64,000 bases of DNA. Origin: Clostridium thermobutyricum (GTDB taxonomy: Bacteria; Bacillota; Clostridia; Ch29). Below are positions 50,358-60,678 of the stretch, in pieces. Positions within the stretch are counted from its first letter, which is position 1. The number at the start of each line of letters is the position of its first letter. The stretch is from the NCBI GenBank assembly GCA_016841565.1, contig JAENYX010000007.1, forward strand, positions 25,664 through 89,663, given 5' to 3'. Under the pieces are notes generated by a model, which saw only the letters and a list, made by a program, of their open reading frames with translations, had not been told where the DNA came from and did no database searches. The position numbers and the translations under genes are program-made.

Positions 50358-51464
50358 TTATTGATGATTTATGTTAATAAGATTTTCTATCTTATCAACA
50401 CCCAATCCAGGCGCATCGGGCAGTATCAGCATGGGGGTCTCTACTTTTACGCCTCCTACAACCGGGTCCTCCGCAAGCAGCAGTGCCGTATCCAGGTCAA
50501 ACCTGGTAATGTTTTTCCTGGCACCTGCCAGATGAGCAGCAGCAGTCACGCTAAGTTTGCTTTCCACCATACAACCCAGCATACATTCAATTCCGCAGGT
50601 TTCTGCCATTGAGACGATTTTTAGTGCATTGTATATGCCGCCACACTTCATAAGCTTTATGTTTATCAGGTCTGCTGCTCTGGCACTCAGGATTCTGAAT
50701 GCGTCATAGGGAGAAAAGATACCCTCGTCTGCCATTATAGGCGTCTCTACATTGTCTGTAACGAACTTGAGGCCTTCAACATCCCATGCCTTTACAGGCT
50801 GTTCTACCAATTCGATATCAAGACCTGCATCTTCCATCTTCCTGATTCCACGTACGGCTTCCTTGGGCATCCAGCCTTGATTGGCATCCAGCCGTATCTT
50901 CAGAGTATTTCCCACTGCCTCACGGATTGCCTTAACTCTGCGGATGTCCTTATCAATATCCATGCCTACCTTGATTTTTAAGGCCGTAAACCCCTGGGAA
51001 GCAAAATCAATGGCGTCTTTCCTCATTTCTTCCGGTTCATTTACACTGACAGTAATATCAGTTTCAACCCTGTCCCGGTATCCTCCCAGAAGCTTATATA
51101 CCGGTATATTGTACAACTTGCCGAAAAGGTCGTAAATGGCCATATCTACCGCAGCCCTTGCGCTGCTGTTTTTTTGTACAGATTTATGTAAGAGCTGCAT
51201 AATATTCTCCAGGTTGGATATATCCTGACCAACCAGCACTTTTTCCATATTTTCCTTAATAGCGCCAATTACAGCGCCGTTTGTATCTCCTGTTATTACA
51301 GCAGTAGGAGGGGCTTCCCCATATCCTATGCTTCCATCGTCGGTCCTTACCATTATGATTGTGTCTTCTGCGGATGTTACCGTTCTTAATGCTGTTTTAA
51401 ACGGCTTTTTCAATGGGATACTGACGTGTCCTATCTCTATTTTGTCAATTTTCAAATTAATCAC
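50358..51464 (-). CDS. L-Ala-D/L-Glu epimerase (enolase superfamily dipeptide epimerase, YkfB-like)
   Basis: The MR/MLE fold is recognisable from the catalytic Lys (KIKVG) and the metal ligands (DANQGW, ELVEQP, ADE). Confidence 0.8.
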   Translation of the reverse strand: MINLKIDKIEIGHVSIPLKKPFKTALRTVTSAEDTIIMVRTDDGSIGYGEAPPTAVITGDTNGAVIGAIKENMEKVLVGQDISNLENIMQLLHKSVQKNSSARAAVDMAIYDLFGKLYNIPVYKLLGGYRDRVETDITVSVNEPEEMRKDAIDFASQGFTALKIKVGMDIDKDIRRVKAIREAVGNTLKIRLDANQGWMPKEAVRGIRKMEDAGLDIELVEQPVKAWDVEGLKFVTDNVETPIMADEGIFSPYDAFRILSARAADLINIKLMKCGGIYNALKIVSMAETCGIECMLGCMVESKLSVTAAAHLAGARKNITRFDLDTALLLAEDPVVGGVKVETPMLILPDAPGLGVDKIENLININHQ

Positions 51465-51468
51465 CTCA

Positions 51469-52587
51469 TTATTTGTTTTTACAAAGGCTAATAACCCTTA
51501 GTATAAGCTTTGCAGTATTGCACAGGTCTTTAATTTTTATATACTCACCGGTTGTGTGGACCTGGCTCATTCCTATTCCCAGATCTACAAAAGGGATACC
51601 CTTACCATTCAGTACATTAGCATCACTGCCTCCGCCGGTAGGAATCATAATGGGCTCCAGCCCAATACCGGTAATGGCCTCTTTGGTCAGTTGTATTATC
51701 AGGTCTTTCTCATTATGCTTATAGGAAGGATAGCTCCTTTCAATGTCTACTTCTACCTCCGCTTTGTATTTTTGAGCTGCATTCATAAGACACTCTTTCA
51801 TGTGTGTGGTCTGCAAATCAAGCTTTTCATTGTACAGGCTCCTTGCTTCGGCCAGCAGCTCAACCCTGTCACAAACGACATTTGTTGCCGTTGAACCATG
51901 CAAGGTACCGATGTTGGCGGTTGTTTCGGCATCAATTCTTAAAAGCTTCATTGCGGTTACGGCTTGAGCTGCCACCTGTATTGCACTGATGCCTTCTTCG
52001 GGACACAGTCCGGCATGAGCCTTTTTCCCTTTTATCAGAGCCTTTATTACATCCTTGGCAGGACCCTGGGAGATTATTGTTCCCGGAGGGCCATCACAGT
52101 CAAATATGAAGCCTAATTCTCCATCCAATTTGTCAACACTTAAGTTTTTTGCTCCCAGCATACCGGTTTCCTCGCACGCAGTCAGAACCACTTCTATGTT
52201 ACCGTGGGGAAGGTTTCTTTCCCTGGCGGTTGTAATTGCTTCTATTATGGCTGCGATTCCGGCTTTATCATCTGCTCCCAGGACGGTATTTCCATCAGAG
52301 TATATTATGTCCCCGTTTATTACCGGCTGAATATTGTCACAGGGGCCGACCGTATCCATATGGGCCGACAGTATAACCGGGAAAAAATCTTTGCTGCCCT
52401 TAAGCCTGGCAATTATATTTCCGGTTTGTCCTGCTATTTTACTGCCGGTATCATCGGTTTCCACTTCCATGCCCAAATCCTGCAGCAATTTAATTGCGTA
52501 AGCGGCGAATGCTCCTTCCTGTTTGGAAGGACTTGATATACGTGCCATAGAAGAGAAATTTTCAACTAATCTATTCTTGTTTATCAA
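51469..52587 (-). CDS. M20-family metallopeptidase (PepT/DapE-like)
   Basis: HMDTV, DDKAG and the EE motif (CEETG) are the M20 zinc ligands. Confidence 0.7.
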   Translation of the reverse strand: MINKNRLVENFSSMARISSPSKQEGAFAAYAIKLLQDLGMEVETDDTGSKIAGQTGNIIARLKGSKDFFPVILSAHMDTVGPCDNIQPVINGDIIYSDGNTVLGADDKAGIAAIIEAITTARERNLPHGNIEVVLTACEETGMLGAKNLSVDKLDGELGFIFDCDGPPGTIISQGPAKDVIKALIKGKKAHAGLCPEEGISAIQVAAQAVTAMKLLRIDAETTANIGTLHGSTATNVVCDRVELLAEARSLYNEKLDLQTTHMKECLMNAAQKYKAEVEVDIERSYPSYKHNEKDLIIQLTKEAITGIGLEPIMIPTGGGSDANVLNGKGIPFVDLGIGMSQVHTTGEYIKIKDLCNTAKLILRVISLCKNK

Positions 52588-52675
52588 GACTTCATCTCCA
52601 TGAAAAAAATTTACACCCGGTCAGGTAAACTAATCTAATTTTGCATGCTGATTCTGTATATGGTAAGGTTGAAGC

Positions 52676-53848
52676 TTACAGTATACTCATGATCTGCCCT
52701 GTCAGCAGTGAAAAATAGGTGCCGCATATGTATCCCAAAAGTGCCATTAATACTCCAACAGGTACAAGGGATTGGTTATGGGCACCGGCTAATATGGGAG
52801 CAGATGCAACACCGCCAATATTGGCCAGGCTTGCAACGCCGCATGTGAAGAGGTCCAGTTTGAAGACCTTGGCCAGTAAGCCCAGAAGCAGGCCGTGGAT
52901 TATTAGTATTACGAAGCCGGATATGATATAAATAGGTGCCTGCGTCAGTTCGGAGAAGTTTGTCTGGGATGCGATTACGGCTACCATTATATAAAGCGAA
53001 ACGTTACCAAGTACGTTGGATCCGGGTATTTTGCCAAGGGGTGTCATTGCAGCCAATATTCCTACTGTTGATACTATTATTACAGTCCATGTTGAGCCGG
53101 ATATGACATTTCCCAGAGGAGGTAGCACTCCCTTGGCCAGAATGCCTATGGCCCCAATAAATGTGCTAAGGCCCAAAAGCATCATTATATCGGTAAACTG
53201 CATGGCATTGGCACCGGCTGCAGCGGTCTCTTCCAGAGCGCTTCCTACCTTATCCAGTTCGCTTGTATCTGATTTGGTCCATTTATTGAACTGTCTGGCA
53301 AAGGAGACGGTCCACAGGAGAAGCATTACCCATACGCCATAGTTGACGGAATCCATCAACAACGCGTATCCAAAAGCTTCACCCTCTACGCTAAGAGCTG
53401 ACTGCACAGCCACCATATTTCCCGTGCCCCCTATCCAGCTGCCGCATAGTGCTGCAAAAGCCTTCCAGGTATCAGGGATATATAGGTTTTTGAAAAGGGC
53501 AAAGGTAATTATGAAACCTACCATTATGCTGAACATGGCGCTGAAGAAACCCAGCAGCATCTTTTTGCCCAAGCGTGCAATCTGCCTTAAGTCGCACCGA
53601 AGCAGCATCAGGAAAAGCATAACCGGAAGCAGGTTACTCTTACTCATGCTGTAATACAGGCTAACGTCATCACTTTTCCCGATAATTCCAAAGGTAAACA
53701 ACAGCGCAGAACCGAAATAGATGATTACGACGGGGGGTACATAGTCAAAAAATTTACTTTTTGTACGTTTCTGTAGCCATAGAACCATTGCTACAAAGAA
53801 TATTAAGGTGCCCAAATACATGAAACCATTTGTTATCAAATTCCTCAC
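52676..53848 (-). CDS. DUF819-family polytopic membrane protein (putative transporter)
   Basis: A 390-aa ORF with about ten TM helices. It is the first gene of the minus-strand peptidase operon. Confidence 0.55.
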   Translation of the reverse strand: MRNLITNGFMYLGTLIFFVAMVLWLQKRTKSKFFDYVPPVVIIYFGSALLFTFGIIGKSDDVSLYYSMSKSNLLPVMLFLMLLRCDLRQIARLGKKMLLGFFSAMFSIMVGFIITFALFKNLYIPDTWKAFAALCGSWIGGTGNMVAVQSALSVEGEAFGYALLMDSVNYGVWVMLLLWTVSFARQFNKWTKSDTSELDKVGSALEETAAAGANAMQFTDIMMLLGLSTFIGAIGILAKGVLPPLGNVISGSTWTVIIVSTVGILAAMTPLGKIPGSNVLGNVSLYIMVAVIASQTNFSELTQAPIYIISGFVILIIHGLLLGLLAKVFKLDLFTCGVASLANIGGVASAPILAGAHNQSLVPVGVLMALLGYICGTYFSLLTGQIMSIL

Positions 53849-54001
53849 TCCTTTTCTTTACTGACCGGGTGTAGAGCAGTTCAAATATGACTGCAAAATA
53901 AAAACAGCATAAACACCTAATTTATTAGGCATCTATGCTGGATTTTACTCTGACCTATTACTTATGGTACAGGAATAAAGTAAAGCAGCAGGACATTATT
54001 G

Positions 54002-54355
54002 CTATTCACTTGTAGGCGAATCTGTATTCGGCTCCATCAGCTGCAGGTATTTTTTATACGCATCCTTCCATGCCACAACCATGGCTCTTTGGGAGGTGCC
54101 GTGATACCTGTGGGTTATTTCTTCAATTATTGGTTCAATACCTTGATCCATGGAGTAACCTATAAATATTGATCTTACAAAATCGTTTGTTAAGGGTATA
54201 GTGGTTGAAGCACCTGCATCTACAATAATCCTGCTTTCTTCATCAACCACTATTGCTATAAAATATGCACTATACTGTACCGTAATAGGATTGTTTACTG
54301 CAGTCTTTGAATCCCCAATAATAAAAATTGTATTCTTCTTAAAAGGATAAGGCAC
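54002..54355 (-). CDS. DUF3870-like hypothetical protein
   Basis: A 117-aa ORF, MPYPFKKNTIFIIGDSK.... The family assignment is tentative. Confidence 0.4.
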   Translation of the reverse strand: MPYPFKKNTIFIIGDSKTAVNNPITVQYSAYFIAIVVDEESRIIVDAGASTTIPLTNDFVRSIFIGYSMDQGIEPIIEEITHRYHGTSQRAMVVAWKDAYKKYLQLMEPNTDSPTSE

Positions 54356-54549
54356 TCCTCATCTCCCCAAAAGAAATAATTAAACAACTAATATCCATTA
54401 TTATCTATATTCGGCACCTATTTGATAATTCCTTCCTTTTTAAAAAAAAATTGGATAAAAAATTTTTATATTAAAAAAGAATGTCAACATGGGTTAACTA
54501 AACTAACCATCAATGGGGAGCCGGCCCGCTACTGATGGTTAGTTTAGTG

Positions 54550-54750
54550 TTATACACCGGTACGCCTCTGGCGTATATTGGTCTTTCTCATATACTGGTT
54601 TCTCATTTTCTTGGGTACCGATGAATTGGCTGTAGGTTTACCCTTTGCTTGTTCTTTTTTCTTCTCTTCAAGCTTTTTCTTCATCGCTTCTTCCAGGGTT
54701 ATTTTTTTCGGAGCTTTCGAATTGCCTTCATGATTGTCCAAATCGGGCAT
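54550..54750 (-). CDS. Small lysine-rich basic protein (hypothetical)
   Basis: A 66-aa ORF, MPDLDNHEGNSKAPKK...KKKLEEKKKEQAKGK, with an AAGGGAGG RBS 10 nt upstream. A long-stem hairpin follows at 54497-54549. Confidence 0.4.
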   Translation of the reverse strand: MPDLDNHEGNSKAPKKITLEEAMKKKLEEKKKEQAKGKPTANSSVPKKMRNQYMRKTNIRQRRTGV

Positions 54751-55096
54751 AAATAGATACCTCCCTTTGTTAATGGCAGATAATTTAATTGGATAATTAA
54801 TATTATAATATATTTTTTTAAAAATTGCATCCAATTGATTTGTGTGCTGTTGGATTGGCAGACTTTTTCAAAAGTCAATTCAATATAATTAAAACCTGTG
54901 TTAAAGTCTGATATAATTAGTCTTATAAAAGAAGCAGGAATATGTGCCATCCAAGAGGGCTTCAAAACATATCCGAATGCGGAAGGTTTATTGCCGGAGG
55001 TACCGGCATACCCGGTGGTTATGAAACTCTGATTTTATGCAAACGGTGTATGGTACAGTCCTAGCCAGTTATTCTTTGAAGGAAGGGGTTGCTTGA

Positions 55097-55777
55097 ATGA
55101 AAAAAACTGGGCTGCGTGTGCTAAGGCTGTTTGCGGGGCTTTTTTTGTTCGCTGTGGGAATAGTCATGACAATTAATGCAAATATCGGGCTTGCACCCTG
55201 GGAAGTATTTCACCAGGGCACTTCCAATATGGTTGGGATTACCATGGGACAGGCAAGTATAATCTACGGAATTATACTTGTGATATTAGACAGCCTGCTG
55301 GGAGAAAGGCTGGGTTGGGGAACTCTCAGTAACATGGTTTTCGTGGGCGTGTTTTTGGATTTTTTGATGTTGAACCATCTAATCCCTTCTTATGAAAACA
55401 TGGTGCTGAGGATTGCTATGATGGCCCTGGGAATGTTCGTAATTGGTGTGGCCAGCTTTCTTTATATTGGTGCAGGAATGGGGACAGGCCCCAGGGACGG
55501 TTTAATGGTTGCACTTACCAAGAGAACCGGTAAATCGGTCGGTTTGGTACGCGGCACAATGGAAACCAGTGTAGTGATTATTGGATACCTAATGGGAGGG
55601 TTTGTCGGTATAGGTACCGTCATAATGGCAGTGAGCACAGGTTACTTTGTGCAAATAGCATTCCTGCTTTTTAAACTTGATGTCAATCAGGTGGAGCATA
55701 GGTTTATAGACCAGGACATAAAGCTGCTTGGTAAAATACTGCGTGGTTCCAAAACAGATGTGGATGCCGAGCAGTGA
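55097..55777 (+). CDS. YczE/YyaS/YitT-family membrane protein
   Basis: MKKTGLRVLRLFAGLFLFAVGIVMTINANIGLAPWEVF is the family's N-terminal signature. Confidence 0.6.
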   Translation: MKKTGLRVLRLFAGLFLFAVGIVMTINANIGLAPWEVFHQGTSNMVGITMGQASIIYGIILVILDSLLGERLGWGTLSNMVFVGVFLDFLMLNHLIPSYENMVLRIAMMALGMFVIGVASFLYIGAGMGTGPRDGLMVALTKRTGKSVGLVRGTMETSVVIIGYLMGGFVGIGTVIMAVSTGYFVQIAFLLFKLDVNQVEHRFIDQDIKLLGKILRGSKTDVDAEQ

Positions 55778-55891
55778 CAGCCGGGGCAAATACAATACAC
55801 GCAGCCGATGCCCGGAAGGAAGGCTTTGCCTTTCCTTTGAATTTTAAGTATATAGAAAAAAGACCGGGAGCTGTGCGAAGTGGGGGAAAAA

Positions 55892-57166
55892 ATGATAACC
55901 GACATATTGCGAAAAATCATACTGCGAAGAAAGGACAAGTTTCTGTTCAAAAGCTACCGGGAAGGTATGGTTGATTTTGACAGCATAGAAAGTAATTTGG
56001 GTTTGTATGTGCACATTCCCTTCTGCAGAAGTCTATGCCAATACTGTCCCTATAACAAAACTGTTTATGAAAGGGATAAGGCTTATGAATACAAGCAGGC
56101 CCTGATTAGTGAGTTAGACCTCTATAAGGACAGGCTTAAAAATAAAAACATTACATCCGTTTATATTGGAGGGGGAACCCCTACTCTTTTAACGGATGAG
56201 TTGAAAGAGGTATTGGAGCTAATTAAAACTGAATTTCATTTTTCCGGAGATATCGGGATAGAGGTCCATCCGGCTGAGGCGGACAGGAAATTGTTTGATA
56301 CGCTTCAGGAAATAGGCGTCAACCTGATAAGCATGGGAATCCAGACATTTAACGACAGGGCGCTTAAGTTTCTGGGAAGAGGCTATGTATCCAGGGATGC
56401 CGAGAAAGCCCTGGCCCTGGTTAAAGAATACGGTTTCAAATGTGTGGATGCAGATATTATGACAAACCTGCCCGGCCAGACCATGGAAGACATTAAATAT
56501 GATATAAGGAAAGCATATTCCTATGGTATTGACCAATTGTCGGTATATCCGTTAATTATTTTCCCTATGACAAAAATGGGCCGAGCCATAAGAGAAAATG
56601 GATTAAGCCGATTCAGCAATTTGTATGAGAACAAAATCCTGAGAACAATTGATGACATATCGGCAGAAAGCGGTTACAAAAGGAGTTCGGTCTGGACGTA
56701 TGGAAAGGACGGCGGGAACAGGTATACTTCTGTTACAAGGGAAAGCTTTATAGGTCTCGGGGCAGGGGCAAGCTCTCTGATAGACGGATATTTCTATCTC
56801 AACACCTTCAACGTTGATGGATATATAAAAAGGCTGGGGGAAAGAAAATTACCCATAAACCTGGTAAACAGGATGTCGGACAGGGATAAAATGATGTTTT
56901 GGATCTTTTGGAGATGCTACGATGGAGAGATTGACGGAAGCAGGTTTACCAAACTGTTCAAGGGGGACATGAAAAAAGAATTTCCACTTTTATTCACCAT
57001 GCTCAAGCTGCTGGGTATGGCCAAAGAGCAGGGCGGCAGGTTTGCACTGACCGAATGGGGAAGATATGCATATCATCTGGTGGAAAAGCAGTATTCGGTC
57101 GGTTACCTGAATGACTTGTGGCAGGCTTCCATGGAGCAGCCATGGATAAAAGAAATCAGGCTGTAG
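55892..57166 (+). CDS. Radical SAM protein, HemN/HemW-like (coproporphyrinogen-III oxidase family)
   Basis: The CxxxCxxC cluster is in YVHIPFCRSLCQYCPY. A GGGGG RBS lies 5 nt upstream of the ATG at 55892, and the protein has a HemN-like C-terminal domain. Confidence 0.75.
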   Translation: MITDILRKIILRRKDKFLFKSYREGMVDFDSIESNLGLYVHIPFCRSLCQYCPYNKTVYERDKAYEYKQALISELDLYKDRLKNKNITSVYIGGGTPTLLTDELKEVLELIKTEFHFSGDIGIEVHPAEADRKLFDTLQEIGVNLISMGIQTFNDRALKFLGRGYVSRDAEKALALVKEYGFKCVDADIMTNLPGQTMEDIKYDIRKAYSYGIDQLSVYPLIIFPMTKMGRAIRENGLSRFSNLYENKILRTIDDISAESGYKRSSVWTYGKDGGNRYTSVTRESFIGLGAGASSLIDGYFYLNTFNVDGYIKRLGERKLPINLVNRMSDRDKMMFWIFWRCYDGEIDGSRFTKLFKGDMKKEFPLLFTMLKLLGMAKEQGGRFALTEWGRYAYHLVEKQYSVGYLNDLWQASMEQPWIKEIRL

Positions 57167-57177
57167 AAGGAGCGGAT

Positions 57178-58080
57178 ATGAAAACAACCGAGTTTCTGTC
57201 GCTGACATGGTTTGGTATTAAGACCATATTGTTCAGAATGAACAAGCCGATACTGGGTACCATTATACTTACCGATTACTGTAATCTGAGCTGTAAACAC
57301 TGCTCGGTAAATAACATTAATAGGAAGATGTATCCTTATAAGGACATACGGAGGGAAATGGAGAGCTTTTACAAGCAGGGTATAAGGATTTTGTTTTTCT
57401 GCGGAGGAGAGACCTTTTTGTGGAAGGACGGGGGCAGGGATGTCAGGGATTTGGTCAGTGAAGCCAAGCAGATGGGGTTTTACCTTGTAAATGTGGTAAC
57501 AAACGGTACCGAGGATATAAGCATTCCCCTTGCCGATGTGATATTCTTAAGTATTGACGGTACAAAAGAAACACACAATTTAATAAGAGGCGATACCTAC
57601 GACAGGATAATGGAAAATCTGGGCAGGGCCGGAGGCTACAATGTGTGCCTGTATATGGCGGTAAACAATTTGAATTACAGGGAAGTAGAAGAGGTGGGTG
57701 CCTTAGCCAGACAACACCCCAATATTACGTCCATTTCATTTAACTTCCATACCCCCTATGAAGGTACCCGCCACTTGGCTTTGAGCATGGAGCAAAAGGA
57801 AGAGACGGTGGATAGGATAAAGAGGATGATAAAGGGAGGCATACCGGTATTCAATTTGTACAGTGCCCTTGACGTATATCTTGAAAACTCCTGGAAAAGG
57901 CCCTGCTGCCAGTGTATAGTCTCGGAGGGTGGTATCAGGTATACGTGCGGCAGGTGCGTGGAAAGCGAGGGACTATGCCGGGAGTGCGGCTACCTGTTCG
58001 CAGCCGAGTTTTCCCTTTTGTTCGGTGGAAATATACGTATTATCTATGAAATGCTCAGGACCTATCTGCGTTATGTATAG
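57178..58080 (+). CDS. Radical SAM protein with C-terminal Cys-rich SPASM/twitch-like domain
   Basis: The CxxxCxxC cluster is in ILTDYCNLSCKHCSV. The C-terminal auxiliary cluster cysteines appear in CCQC...CGRC...CREC. The RBS is GAAGGAG. Confidence 0.7.
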   Translation: MKTTEFLSLTWFGIKTILFRMNKPILGTIILTDYCNLSCKHCSVNNINRKMYPYKDIRREMESFYKQGIRILFFCGGETFLWKDGGRDVRDLVSEAKQMGFYLVNVVTNGTEDISIPLADVIFLSIDGTKETHNLIRGDTYDRIMENLGRAGGYNVCLYMAVNNLNYREVEEVGALARQHPNITSISFNFHTPYEGTRHLALSMEQKEETVDRIKRMIKGGIPVFNLYSALDVYLENSWKRPCCQCIVSEGGIRYTCGRCVESEGLCRECGYLFAAEFSLLFGGNIRIIYEMLRTYLRYV

Positions 58081-58192
58081 TAATGGTTATTTACTGAGAC
58101 CTGATAAGGTCTTTGTTTTTGTGCTAGAATAGAAAGAGAGACAAAATGTATAATATTCAACTATTCACAGTTGTTATGAAAGGACTGTTTAT

Positions 58193-60379
58193 ATGAGTAA
58201 AACATTGGTATTGGCAGAAAAGCCTTCGGTGGGAAGGGACCTGGCCAGGGTGTTGGGCTGCAGTAATAAAGGGAACGGGTATTTCGAAGGCAGGGAGTAT
58301 ATCGTTACCTGGGCGCTGGGGCATCTGGTTACACTGGCCGAACCGGAAAGCTATGACCAGAAATATAAATCATGGCGTATGGAGGACCTGCCCATGCTTC
58401 CTTCTCAGCTAAAGCTTATAGTAATAAAGCAAAGCAGCCGGCAGTTTAGATGTGTTAAGCAGCAGATGCAAAGGAAGGATATTAGTGAGATTGTGATTGC
58501 CACCGATGCCGGCCGTGAAGGGGAGCTGGTAGCCCGGTGGATAATAGAGAAATCCGGTGTCAGAAGACCAATTAAACGTCTATGGATTTCCTCGGTTACC
58601 GATAGAGCCATTAAGGAGGGCTTTAACAATCTCAGGGACGGCAAGGCTTACGAAAACCTTTATGCTTCCGCTGTTGCACGGGCTGAGGCCGACTGGCTTG
58701 TGGGGCTGAATGCCACCCGGGCGTTAACATGCAAATACAATGCCCAGCTTTCCTGCGGGAGAGTACAGACTCCTACGCTGGCAATTATCGCAAAAAGGGA
58801 GCAGGAAATCCAGGATTTTGTCCCCAGGCCTTTCTATGGGATAATCGTCGCAGCCAATAGGCTGAAGCTGACCTGGCAGGACAGCAGGACAAAGGAGTTC
58901 AGAACCTTTGACAGCGAAGCAAGGGATAGAATATTAACACAGATACAGAATAAAGATGCAAAAGTAATAGATGTTGACAAGAAGCTAAAGAAAAGCTTTG
59001 CCCCGCCGCTCTATGATCTGACCGAGCTGCAGCGCGATGCAAACAGGATTTTCGGTTATTCGGCAAAGGAAACACTTTCTATTATGCAGGGACTGTATGA
59101 GCGGCATAAGGTGCTTACTTACCCCAGAACCGATTCAAGATATATTTCCACCGATATAGTAGAGACCTTAAAGGACAGGATTAAGAGCTGCGGAGTGGGA
59201 CCCTATTCAAAATCAGCTGCCAAGGCCTTGAAATTCTCAATAACGGGGAAAATGCATTTTGTGGACAACAGTAAGGTTTCCGATCATCATGCCATTATCC
59301 CCACCGAGCAGACGGTATATCTTGATGAGTTAAATGACAGGGAAAGGAAAATATACGATCTGGTGGTAAAACGGTTTTTAGCGGTTTTGTACCCTCCCTT
59401 TGAATACCAGCAGACCACTGTAAAGGCCGAAATTGGAGGACAGTCGTTTGTTGCCCGGGGTAAGGTTATTATCGCCCAGGGGTGGAAGGAAGTCTATCAA
59501 AATAATTTTGAAGAAGAAGGTGCAGACGATGGGATTTCGGAGCAGATTCTACCCATCCTAAATAAAGGAGATATAATAAGAATACTAAGGTTTGAAAAGA
59601 CCCAGGGTAAAACCAAGCCTCCATCATATTTCAATGAGGGAACGCTGCTCTCGGCCATGGAGAATCCGGCCAGATATATGACCGGTGAGAGCAGGGAATT
59701 AATTAAGACCATTGGGGAAACCGGAGGGTTGGGAACGGTGGCCACAAGGGCGGATATTATTGAGAAGCTGTTCAATAGCTTTCTGATAGAAAAGAAAGGG
59801 AAGGACATCCATGTAACCTCCAAGGGCAGACAGCTTTTGGAGCTGGTTCCGGAGGAACTGAAATCTCCCGCCCTGACTGCCGAGTGGGAGCAAAAGCTGT
59901 CGGCTATTTCCAAAGGCTCTATCAGCAAAAATGCGTTTATCAATGAAATGCGAGGCTATACCAAGGTGGTTGTGGAACAGATCAAGAGCAGCCAGGAGGT
60001 ATTCAGGCATGATAATATCACCAGGAACAGATGTCCCGAGTGCGGCAAATATATGCTGGAGGTTAACGGCAAAAAGGGCAGAATGCTGGTGTGTCAGGAC
60101 AGGGAATGCGGACAGAGAATAGGCATCTCAAAGGTTACCAATGCCAGATGTCCCAACTGTCATAAAAAGCTGGAGTTACGCGGGGAAGGAGAGGGGCAGA
60201 TATTTGTCTGCAGCTGCGGCCATAGGGAAAAGCTGTCGGTATTTAAAGAAAGAAGAGAAAAGAACAGCAGTAAGGTCTCAAAGAAAGAGGCGCAAAAATT
60301 CATGAAGGAGCAAAAAAAGAAATCCGAGCAGCCAATAAATTCGGCTTTGGCCGATGCTCTGTCCAAACTCAAGCTGTAA
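58193..60379 (+). CDS. topB: DNA topoisomerase III (type IA) with C-terminal zinc ribbons
   Basis: The TOPRIM N-terminus (LVLAEKPSVGRD) and the catalytic Tyr region are present. Two C4 ribbons (CPECG...C, CPNCH...C) follow, and the protein ends in a Lys-rich tail. Confidence 0.85.
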   Translation: MSKTLVLAEKPSVGRDLARVLGCSNKGNGYFEGREYIVTWALGHLVTLAEPESYDQKYKSWRMEDLPMLPSQLKLIVIKQSSRQFRCVKQQMQRKDISEIVIATDAGREGELVARWIIEKSGVRRPIKRLWISSVTDRAIKEGFNNLRDGKAYENLYASAVARAEADWLVGLNATRALTCKYNAQLSCGRVQTPTLAIIAKREQEIQDFVPRPFYGIIVAANRLKLTWQDSRTKEFRTFDSEARDRILTQIQNKDAKVIDVDKKLKKSFAPPLYDLTELQRDANRIFGYSAKETLSIMQGLYERHKVLTYPRTDSRYISTDIVETLKDRIKSCGVGPYSKSAAKALKFSITGKMHFVDNSKVSDHHAIIPTEQTVYLDELNDRERKIYDLVVKRFLAVLYPPFEYQQTTVKAEIGGQSFVARGKVIIAQGWKEVYQNNFEEEGADDGISEQILPILNKGDIIRILRFEKTQGKTKPPSYFNEGTLLSAMENPARYMTGESRELIKTIGETGGLGTVATRADIIEKLFNSFLIEKKGKDIHVTSKGRQLLELVPEELKSPALTAEWEQKLSAISKGSISKNAFINEMRGYTKVVVEQIKSSQEVFRHDNITRNRCPECGKYMLEVNGKKGRMLVCQDRECGQRIGISKVTNARCPNCHKKLELRGEGEGQIFVCSCGHREKLSVFKERREKNSSKVSKKEAQKFMKEQKKKSEQPINSALADALSKLKL

Positions 60380-60523
60380 AAAATTTCTGCAGGAATAAAT
60401 TTCGTTACCGGCGGGGAAAATATATCAGCATAGAAGTATAACCAAAAGAAAGGATGGTTGTGTTCCGTTGGGTTAGAGAAAATATTTTTTCAAAGGAGAC
60501 AATAGAGGACGACTAGAAAATGC

Positions 60524-60552
60524 TTGCATTGGTGAAAAATGTATGATACTAT
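60524..60552 (+). promoter_or_regulatory. Putative promoter of the csp gene with long 5' UTR
   Basis: TTGCAT, a 17-nt spacer and TACTAT with an extended TG. The leader is about 125 nt, which is typical of cold-shock mRNAs. Confidence 0.4.
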
Positions 60553-60678
60553 TACATTTAGTGTTGAAAAGTCGAGAACAATTAAGATTATCTTTAGGCC
60601 TCTGGACACAGTAAGGACAAAAGGTGCTTAATGCTATTCCGCTTTTTGATGTAATATAATTAAAAGGAGGCCCAATAA

